A stretch of DNA of 64,000 nucleotides from positions 4,920-68,919 of the forward strand of contig JAPKBO010000001.1 in assembly GCA_028823395.1 (NCBI GenBank), read 5' to 3'. The number at the start of each line of letters is the position of its first letter. Position 1 is the stretch's first letter. Below are positions 8,887-16,900 of the stretch, one piece after another. The notes below the pieces were generated by a model, which saw nothing but the letters and a program-made list of their open reading frames with translations, ran no database searches and was not told the DNA's origin. The stretch is from Planctomycetota bacterium (GTDB taxonomy: Bacteria > Planctomycetota > UBA1135 > GCA-002686595). Position numbers and translations under genes: made by a program.

Positions 8887-9618
8887 TCAGTCCCGGGCCA
8901 ACTCAGAGTCCCTGGGGAGGTCTCCCAGGTCCATCAAACCGAAGCGATCCAGGAATTCCTTGTCCGTACCGTATTGCAGGGGGTGGCCCGGTACGTCGGC
9001 ACGGCCCAGGACCCGCACCAGACCGCGGTCCACGAGGGAGCGCAGAACGGGCCCAGCCTGGACGCCACGGATGGCCTCCACCTCCGCCTTGGTCACCGGC
9101 TGGCGGTAGGCGATGACGGCCAGGGTCTCGAGAGCTGCCGGGCTGATGCGCTCGACGCCGCTCCCCTTGCCAAGACGACCCACGACCTCGCCGAGATCGG
9201 CACTGGTCATGAGAGTGTGCCCCCCTCTGATGGCACGTACTTCCAGGGGCAGCCCCGTCTCCGATAGCTTCTGCGTAAGCTGCTCGAGGGCCGCAACAAC
9301 TCGCGGCCGTCGCGGACGATCCAGAAGTTGAACCAGGCGATCCACTCCAAGGGGATCGGATGAGGCGAAGAGCAATGCAGCCAATTGCCGCACCATCTCG
9401 TCATCGGAGAGCTTATCTCCCGGACCAACCCGGGAGCGCTTCTTCGGCTTGGGGGCGGAATCCTCAGCAGCTACAGATTCCGGCTCTCCCTCGGAAGCTT
9501 CGCCCTCTGAAGTTTCGCCCTCGGGCAAATCCTCGGGCAAATCCTCGGCGGGGTCCACTTTGGAGTTGTCATTCATATCCGTGGGCTCAAGCAAGGCGGT
9601 ATCGAGTTTGGATTCCAT
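8887..9618 (-). CDS. scpB: segregation and condensation protein B with an acidic N-terminal extension
   Basis: LAALLFASSDPL...ISPAALETLAVIAYRQPVTKAEVEAIRGV...LVDRGLVRVLGRADVPGHPLQYGTDKEFLDRFGL, the ScpB tandem winged-helix signature. Start trimmed to MESKLD (9618) so it does not overlap the upstream gene. Confidence 0.85.
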   Translation of the reverse strand: MESKLDTALLEPTDMNDNSKVDPAEDLPEDLPEGETSEGEASEGEPESVAAEDSAPKPKKRSRVGPGDKLSDDEMVRQLAALLFASSDPLGVDRLVQLLDRPRRPRVVAALEQLTQKLSETGLPLEVRAIRGGHTLMTSADLGEVVGRLGKGSGVERISPAALETLAVIAYRQPVTKAEVEAIRGVQAGPVLRSLVDRGLVRVLGRADVPGHPLQYGTDKEFLDRFGLMDLGDLPRDSELARD

Positions 9619-9698
9619 TGGGTGCAGGATCGGCTTTCGGTGCACTGTGATCAAGCACCCGCCGGGAGAGGAATTGTGATTATGGGCAAGGACTCGGG

Positions 9699-10688
9699 TC
9701 AGTCCAGCGCCACGTCGCCCATCAGGCGAAAAAAAGGAGTCATGTCCACTTCGTGCTCCATGACCACAGCGGACTTCCACTGCCAGTATTCCGGATCCTC
9801 AATGGGCCTCTGGAGGAGACTCGCCTCCACGGCCCGGGACAATTCGTCGGGGCGCTCGGGGGACAAGGGTGCTGGCCTCCCATCAACCTGCATAATCAGC
9901 CAGCGGTCGCCTTCGCGTACGGGCCCTCCCAAGCCTCCGACAGGAGTCTCGAAAGCAACCAGCGCCAGCGGCGTTCGGCCCCGCACGATCGGGGGGACGC
10001 GCCCACCGTCGGCACTTGACTCGTCCACACTCCAGGTCCGGGCGAGGTGCTCAAAAGGCTCCCCGGCAGCGAGTAGGGCCTGGACCTCATCCACCTGCGC
10101 ACGGGTCTGGAGCACAATTACGCGCACCTGGGCATGCGGGGTACACAGGAGCCACCCACGCACCACCCGCTCGGCTAAGAGATCCAATTCAGCCTGATAT
10201 TGGATGCGCTGCTTGTAGGGGCCCGGATTCAGGCCCAGCCTCTGCCGCAGAAATTCATCGCTGCTCAGGTCCCCAGCCCCGCTGGCCGCCACCTCTTGAT
10301 CCAAGCGATCCAAGGCCTCCTGTCGAGCCGCCTGACCCTGTGCCTCAGTCACGCTCACGCCCAGCCTAAGAGCCTCGAGCACGATCAGCCGCTCGAGAAT
10401 CAGCTCGTCGAGTAGAGCGCGCACCCCCGGGCTGTCCCGGTGCAGCCAGGACTGAAGCAGCTCGGCGGTGGTCAGGGGTTGGCCCGCGATACGAGCCACG
10501 AACGGAGCCTGCGTAGCCTCTGCTGTGGACCCGGCGGCCTCTCCGGGTGCCACCAACGCACCGGCCCGTGGACCAGCGCAAGCGCTCAGCCCCAAGCCCA
10601 GAAGCAGCAGGCCTGTGGGTGCGTGGATAACAGGCACGCGCGCACTCAGCGGTAGTACACGCGGCGGGTCACAGCGACTCCCCGACAT
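9699..10688 (-). CDS. SurA/PrsA-like lipoprotein (degenerate parvulin-type PPIase or chaperone)
   Basis: Lipobox LGLGLSAC after a basic N-terminus. SurA-like helical N-domain (LLDELILERLIVLEALRLGV), then a parvulin-like stretch (VRVIVLQTRAQVDEVQALLAAGEPFEHLARTWSVDESSADGG). Its 5' end overlaps the upstream gene by 43 nt, so the start is uncertain. Confidence 0.55.
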   Translation of the reverse strand: MSGSRCDPPRVLPLSARVPVIHAPTGLLLLGLGLSACAGPRAGALVAPGEAAGSTAEATQAPFVARIAGQPLTTAELLQSWLHRDSPGVRALLDELILERLIVLEALRLGVSVTEAQGQAARQEALDRLDQEVAASGAGDLSSDEFLRQRLGLNPGPYKQRIQYQAELDLLAERVVRGWLLCTPHAQVRVIVLQTRAQVDEVQALLAAGEPFEHLARTWSVDESSADGGRVPPIVRGRTPLALVAFETPVGGLGGPVREGDRWLIMQVDGRPAPLSPERPDELSRAVEASLLQRPIEDPEYWQWKSAVVMEHEVDMTPFFRLMGDVALD

Positions 10689-12205
10689 GCATGACAGGGC
10701 ACGATCTGCACCGAGGAGGCCTGCTTACTTCCGCCCCCACCTGAATAGATCATCTCCAGCGCGCCACGGCCGCCGCAAGTAGAGCAAGCCTTGAGGTAGG
10801 GGTGATCGCGCAGCTCGTAGTCTCCGGCGAATTCCACGTAGAAGGCCTTAATCCAATTGGCGCGCTTGCTGAGGGTGAAGGCGTCCCAGAAAACCTGGAA
10901 CTCGTCCTCTTGGGCGGCCTGAGCCTGTGCACGGCGGGCATTGCGCTGGTTCTTCAGGAAGCGCTGGATTTTGTCCTCTAGTGCCGCCCGCTCCTTGTCC
11001 TTGTCGGTCATGGCATCGCGCTGGGCGGAGGTATCCTCGGTGCCCGCAAGGGCCTTGTCTTCCCCCAGCATCCAGGTCCCCTCACCATAGGTGGCGTTGT
11101 TGTAGCGCAGCATGTGGCGCGAGACCCAGTGGGCCACGATCTGATCTTCACTCGCCTCAGAGTTGTACTGTTCCTGGACGTCCGCCAGCACAGCCTCTCG
11201 AATAGCCTCGCCAAGCCCCTCTTCCGCAAAAGCCACGGCACCGACGTAGTTGAGACTGCCGGCCGCCTGCCGGGTCAGTCGGGAGAGCCAGTAACCCCAG
11301 CGCCTGCGCACAAAATCGGTCACTTCCTCATCGCGCGCGAGCATGATCTGATTTTCCTTCGCCTTGACCTCAAGCACTAGAGGGCTGGCCGGGAACACGA
11401 GGGCGAAACCCGCCAGCCGTTCCAGCGCCGTCTCGTACTGTCCCTTCTTGCGTAGCACGTCGACGCTCCGCAGATAGTCAATCTGGGCCTGCTGCGCGGC
11501 CTTGACCTGAGCTAAGGCTACGGAGTTGGCCAGCTCGGGATGCTCCAAGTTCTCATCCAACGCCACCGCTGCCTGGAAGTGTTCCAGGGCATGCTGGAAA
11601 TCGAGAAACTGCTCACAGGTGCGTGCCATATTGATCTGGCCCTGGAGGTCCGTCTCCACCAACTCAGCCGAGTGGCGCGCATACAGCTCCTCGCGGCTGT
11701 AGATATCTAGAGCCGGAGCCTGGCCCCCCTTGGAAATACTCTGCACTCGGCGCTTGGGCACGAGCTGCAGGTTGCCATCCACCTGAACGACGAAGTCCGT
11801 GCCCTCCCGCGAGAGGATGACGCCCACGACCTCGTGGCCGTCCACCAAGATCAGGCGCTCCACATCCACCATCAATTCGTCCGTGGCCACGTCCACGTAG
11901 CCCAGCTCTTCGCGCAACTCCTGCTGCTGGCTGGGATCCAGTGCGGTCCAGACAACGCTCGCCACTCCACCGTGGGACAAAAGCGTAAAGCGGAAGCCGT
12001 CCGGGTCGTGATCTAGAATGTGGCCCCACCGGATCTGCCCACTGCGCAGCTTCAACATCAGCGCAGGTTGCAGCTCCAGTTCGGGCGCCTCCTGCGAGGA
12101 CGGCTCAGGCGTAAGGCCGGGGTCCTGTTCAGGAGACTGGAGCGCCGAGGCACTGGCACAGAGGAAAAGGGAAAGGCTCAGGAACTTGAGGGTGTCGATC
12201 ATCAC
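10646..12205 (-). CDS. secreted TPR-like protein with C-terminal DnaJ-type zinc finger (CxxCxGxG ... CxxCxG)
   Basis: Signal peptide MMIDTLKFLSLSLFLCASASA. Helical repeat region. C-terminus CSTCGGRGALE...CHACRGVAV. GTG (12205) or ATG (12202) start, overlapping the upstream pseudopilin stop. Confidence 0.7.
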   Translation of the reverse strand: MMIDTLKFLSLSLFLCASASALQSPEQDPGLTPEPSSQEAPELELQPALMLKLRSGQIRWGHILDHDPDGFRFTLLSHGGVASVVWTALDPSQQQELREELGYVDVATDELMVDVERLILVDGHEVVGVILSREGTDFVVQVDGNLQLVPKRRVQSISKGGQAPALDIYSREELYARHSAELVETDLQGQINMARTCEQFLDFQHALEHFQAAVALDENLEHPELANSVALAQVKAAQQAQIDYLRSVDVLRKKGQYETALERLAGFALVFPASPLVLEVKAKENQIMLARDEEVTDFVRRRWGYWLSRLTRQAAGSLNYVGAVAFAEEGLGEAIREAVLADVQEQYNSEASEDQIVAHWVSRHMLRYNNATYGEGTWMLGEDKALAGTEDTSAQRDAMTDKDKERAALEDKIQRFLKNQRNARRAQAQAAQEDEFQVFWDAFTLSKRANWIKAFYVEFAGDYELRDHPYLKACSTCGGRGALEMIYSGGGGSKQASSVQIVPCHACRGVAVTRRVYYR

Positions 12206-12726
12206 GGTCGGTCTGGGGTAGAAGACGTAGCGGATTGGTCCTCCTCACCCGGAGCCATCTCCTGGGGCGGGGGGAATGAACGGGCTCGGATGAAGCGCCG
12301 GCGCAGTCGCTCTCCAAAGGGTACTTCACGTAGCAACAGGGTGGTGAACTTGCGCGCGCGTTGCACTCCGGCGGCCTCCCAGGAGACGTTCACGTCCACA
12401 GCGAACTCGTCCGGGTCGTCGGGGTTGACCCGCGCCAGGGCCGAGTAGATCACGCCGGTGGCGCCGGGCACGGGGCGATCGACGATCACACGCGGGTCCC
12501 CCACGCTGCCGTCTTCCTCTAAAGGAAAGAGTGACTCCTCTAGGTCTGCCACCACCGCCTCGATGGCCGTGGCCGCAGCCGTGCGCAAGGCAGCGGTACG
12601 GGTCAGGGCGGCGCCAAAGGTGAACAGGCCCAGGAGCGAGGTCATGGCCATGACCAGCAATCCCATCGCGAGGACGACCTCCAGGATGGTGAAGCCCGCC
12701 TGCGTCCGGGTGCGTGAAGGGCTCAT
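12202..12726 (-). CDS. minor pseudopilin, GspI-like (prepilin-type N-terminal methylation domain)
   Basis: Class III signal RTQAG|FTILEVVLAMGLLVMAM with Glu at +5. ATGA overlap with the upstream gene. Confidence 0.75.
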   Translation of the reverse strand: MSPSRTRTQAGFTILEVVLAMGLLVMAMTSLLGLFTFGAALTRTAALRTAAATAIEAVVADLEESLFPLEEDGSVGDPRVIVDRPVPGATGVIYSALARVNPDDPDEFAVDVNVSWEAAGVQRARKFTTLLLREVPFGERLRRRFIRARSFPPPQEMAPGEEDQSATSSTPDRP

Positions 12727-13937
12727 CGGCCACTCCCTAGCCGGGTCGAGGACGCAGGACGCCCCAGGTTCCAGTCGTCACTGTGCATAGCCACGGGCAC
12801 CTCAACGACGACGGTCTCACCGAAGTGTACGCGTGCGCCAATATCGTGGGGCATCGCGGCGGATCCACGGGCGGCACGTTTCACACTCACGCGGTCGCCG
12901 CGCAAGCCCTGTACCTCCATCCACTCCCCGTCGATGAGAATGTGGCGTCCTTTCCGATAGGGCAGGGCGGAACCGTCGCTCACCTCGAATGAGGCCGTTT
13001 GTTTCTCTAGGGGTTCGAGGAGGGTCGGACGCCTCCGAAGATCCGCAGGGCGCTCGAACTCAAGCTCCACGCGCACTCGGCGCGGAAGCAGGGGGCTGCC
13101 CGACACCGCCGGCATCCCCGCGCCGGGCTTGTTCCAGGGGTGCGCCTGCCAGTCCGGACAGAGGGGATCGTCGCTGGATCGTCCCCAGGCATCCCAGGAA
13201 GCGCTGGCGTGTTCCAACCCGGCGCCCAGTTCCCACCCATCCCAAATAATGCTCGTTTGTGTGGCGAACTGCAGGCCCAACCAAAGCAGCCCTCCGGACA
13301 CTTCCTCCAGCCCCCCCGCCTTGGGACGGCCCGAGGAGGAGAAGAAGTCGGACCTAAAGAAGGTGCCGACAGAGCCCGGGGCCAAAAGGGCCTCGCCACG
13401 CATGAGTAGACCCTGCCCACGGGAAAGGGCATCGGTCCCCACGGGCACCACGGCCCAGGCCACCTCCATGAGCCCACTCTGTATGGCCGGCGTGGGACGC
13501 TGGTCCTCGGGAATGAGAGTCTCTACATCGACGCCTAAACTCGCGGCTTGAGCCACCAGCGCCGGGTCCACACCACGCGCCGACAAACGAACGACGTCCG
13601 CCATGGATACCGATCGCACAAGGCGCAAACGCGGCCAGACGCGGTCCACGCGCCCGTCCTGGTCCACATCGAAATTGACCCAATCCACGAGGAAGTCCCC
13701 TTGGGATCCACTGTGTAGAGAACGCAGATCTTCAGCGATGAGCTCCGCAGTCGCAGCCCCGCGCTCAACGATGAGACGTTGATCCTCACCCCGGGTCCAC
13801 ATGTCCAAGGTCGTGTCGAGCAGACGGAACAGAGCCACCATCAAGATCGCGGCCAGACCAGCCGCCACCATCAGCTCCACCATCGTGAAGCCTCGACGTG
13901 CGATGGAACTCTTCGGATTCAGCCGGGTGCCTCTCAT
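12723..13937 (-). CDS. minor pseudopilin, GspJ-like, with a C-terminal repeat module shared with the giant pseudopilin
   Basis: ARRG|FTMVELMVAAGLAAILMVALF with Glu at +5. Start trimmed to MRGTRL (13937), which gives an ATGA overlap with the giant gene's stop. Module ILIDGEWMEVQGLRGDRVSVKRAARGSAAMPHDIGARV lies at 12828-12947. Confidence 0.7.
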   Translation of the reverse strand: MRGTRLNPKSSIARRGFTMVELMVAAGLAAILMVALFRLLDTTLDMWTRGEDQRLIVERGAATAELIAEDLRSLHSGSQGDFLVDWVNFDVDQDGRVDRVWPRLRLVRSVSMADVVRLSARGVDPALVAQAASLGVDVETLIPEDQRPTPAIQSGLMEVAWAVVPVGTDALSRGQGLLMRGEALLAPGSVGTFFRSDFFSSSGRPKAGGLEEVSGGLLWLGLQFATQTSIIWDGWELGAGLEHASASWDAWGRSSDDPLCPDWQAHPWNKPGAGMPAVSGSPLLPRRVRVELEFERPADLRRRPTLLEPLEKQTASFEVSDGSALPYRKGRHILIDGEWMEVQGLRGDRVSVKRAARGSAAMPHDIGARVHFGETVVVEVPVAMHSDDWNLGRPASSTRLGSGR

Positions 13938-16900
13938 TGATCCACACTCCTCAGCACCTGACCCGGTGCCTGATAGCCCACACCCAGACGCTTCAGACGC
14001 GGCGTCTCTTTCCAACCGTGTGAGAGCCCGGCCGTGGGGTCGAAAGCACCCGGGTCGTAGCGCACGAAAACGCGCCAGTCGATGCGCTGGGATTGCACGC
14101 CCACCGGCAGGGCCGCGTCACCGTCTCGCCCCTGGAACAGAAGCTGCAAGCCGCTCTCCTCTTCGGGGTCCGCGTCCCAGGGAACGGATGGGTCCGTGCG
14201 TTGCAAGACACCGATGTGGCACTGGCCATGGGTGGCCGGCTCAGAATCCCAGAAGGATTCCGACCACCAAGCGCCGGGCTGCTCCAACTCAAAACCGAAG
14301 TACGACATTTCGGGAGCGTCGGCCTGCTCAGCCCAACGATCCCAGTAGCGGAACGGGAACTGGATCACGGTGGAGCGCAATGCGTGGGCGCTCGGCACGG
14401 TGCCGTAGCGACCCCTAAACAGGCCCGCCCCGCCACCGTCATCGCTACTCGATCTAGAGTCAGGATCATCGGCGTCGTAGCCGGAGCGCGGCATCTCCAG
14501 CGAACCCCGGCGCTGCCGTGTGAAGTGGATCAACTCGTCACCGATCAGGACCGTACCGGAGGTGCCGAAACCGGTGGCGCTCTCAATGGGCAAGGTGGAG
14601 TCGGAGGGGCCGATCCCTCCCGTCAGCGAACTCACAGCCCAACCTTCCATCAAAGTCACCAATTCGGTCGGTTGATGGGGCTGGGGATCTGTACCCAAGA
14701 GGCCGCGACCATCGGGGGCGACGACAATGTCGCCGGTTTCCACGTCGCGCTCGGTGTAAGCCAGGATCTCGTTGCCGATCCGCAAGAGCCCCCCATCGCT
14801 GTCCAATGCTCCGAGCACCCCCTGCGCGCCACCCCAGCGGCCGCCAGGAATCACGAACCCCGTCGGGGCCACCCGCATCGTCCCACTGCTCTCATCCATG
14901 GCCTCGGCCAGGATCATCTGCGCGCCCGCACTGTGCATGGCGGGGCTAGTGCCAGGCAAGCCCATCAGGAATTGCTGGGAGCCAAATGCCACCTCGTCCA
15001 CAACGGCCGAGGGCACTTCGCCTCCTTGGGCATCAAAAGTTGAGCCCACGCTGACCGACGAAACGATACGCGGCCTCTCTCCAGAAGGGAACTTACTGAT
15101 ACGTGGCAGGAGGCGGGAGTCCGTTGTCGTCGTGCCAAGCGTGACCATGGCAACCGACTCCGGGCAAGGCTTGTCGAAAGCCACATAGATGTGCTGCACG
15201 TTGATCTCCGAGTGATTGGCCTCGAAGCTCTCCGGGGAACTGGGGAGGGCCACCTGGTCTCCGCCCGGATCGAAGTCCCAACCGTAGCCGGTGTACTCGG
15301 CCGCAGGAAGGTGAGCACGCTCAACGACCATGGGCCATCCCAGGTGGTCCGGATTGGCGCCCGATACAAAGACTGCATCACCCGCACCGGGGCGCCCTCC
15401 ATCAACGCCCCTATCAAACAAGTGGAAGACCGGCAGAACCTGAGTTCCGGCGGGATGGTCATGTGTGTGGGTTCCCAAAACACCGCGGAATTGGAAGACC
15501 GAGGAGACCGCTCGGGATAGATAGAACTCATCCAGCTCGGGTTCTCCACGCAGGGGATCCCAGTCCGACCCTACGGACGGAACCGGGCCTGAAGAAACCA
15601 CCGGAGGACCTGTAGCAGGTGCGTAAGTGCCGCCGCCACCGCCACCGCCGCCACCACCACCGCCGCCGCCCGGTCCACCACCGCCATTGCCATCAACGGT
15701 GCCACGCAAGTCGTTCATGACTCCGCCGGAGGTCAGGGTGACGTAGACGGCAAGCAGGGCCTGGTTGCGGTCGCGCACGAGCTGGCCCTGGGCCGTGGCC
15801 AAGGTGTCGTAGCGCACCCACTCGGTGAACTCCGCTGCGTCCGGCCGCGTGAGTTGGACGAACTCCGAGTTGTCGAGGGCGGGCAGATACGTGAGGTCAT
15901 CGGCACCTGGACAGGGAAGGGAAATAGGTACGCAATAGCAGCCCATGTCCAGCATGCCCTGCACCAGGTCACCCTCTGCGTTGGTGGTGCCCTCCCAGTC
16001 CACGACGTACACGCGTACGCCACCGGCAAACCCGGTGGGGTCCTGGTTCCCATAGTTGGGCAGTTCATTGGCCACGACATCCCCCCGGGCCGTGACATCG
16101 AGGACCGTCCCGGTATAGCCCGAGTAGCGGATGATCTCCAACCCGCCCAAGGGCGCGTTGGGAGGGATGCCCGAGGTACCCGTCTCGTCAAAGGCCCAGC
16201 CTTGCTGAACGAGGGCGGCATAGCCCCCGGTGGGATTGAAGGCTGTCATCACATCGGACTCCCCTGGATCTCCGGTGGGGTCGTCCGCCAGAGCCAGTAT
16301 CAGGCCACTCATGTTGGTGGCCTCGTACCCGTCGCCAAAGTCGAAGAAGCCGCCCAGGATGGGATCGGGCCCCGTCCCCGTGGAAGCATCCACGCCGATA
16401 ACACGCGCCACCCTGAACGGGCCGATGGCCTCAGGTAGTTGCGCGTTGCCTGCGGGCAGATTGGAGGCCAGGGGCGCAGAGTAGCCGTAGAGGGACACGC
16501 TCGCGCCGAGCGGGTGATCGGTGGTGATGGCTCCCAAATTGGCGGGCAGGCCTTCCACGCTCCAGCGCGTACGGGCCAGGCGTCCACCGTGCCCCGCGTT
16601 GGGGCCCACTTCTACGTGGGTGGCTTCAAGCCCTCCGGAGGAGAGCACGTACTCCACCAGCTCGTTCCCTACTCGCACCACCCCCTGGGTGGGGAATCCT
16701 TCGGTGTCATCCAGAGCAAGGAACCCCATACCTTGGCCGGCCCCACCGCTCAGCTTCGACATTCCCGGGCGTCGAACGCCCGACGCTGAGCCATTGACCA
16801 TCAGGCCCAGTTGATCCGGGCGTGTACCAAGCACCTCCAAGGAGACGTGGCTCCAGGTGTCCACCGGGAAGCCCGGACCATCTCCTTCCGCTAGCGCAAA

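Noticed and set aside
14093-15043. Long ORFs antisense to well-supported genes: 14093..15043(+), 5564..6340(-), 4863..5495(-), 19991..20752(+), 24815..25561(+), 31230..32057(+), 38836..39693(-), 41264..41932(+), 53114..53845(-), 60746..61615(+), 63128..63808(+)
   Set aside because: Each lies opposite a gene with clear family motifs. The products are low-complexity Arg/Gly/Pro/His-rich. Open antisense frames are expected at about 64% GC.
15629-15685. Possible CRISPR or other interspersed repeat arrays (also 6575-6598, 7050-7110, 8698-8740, 9525-9550)
   Set aside because: All are short in-frame tandem or low-complexity coding repeats (poly-Gly, (EA)n, acidic repeats). None has repeat-spacer architecture, and no cas genes are present.
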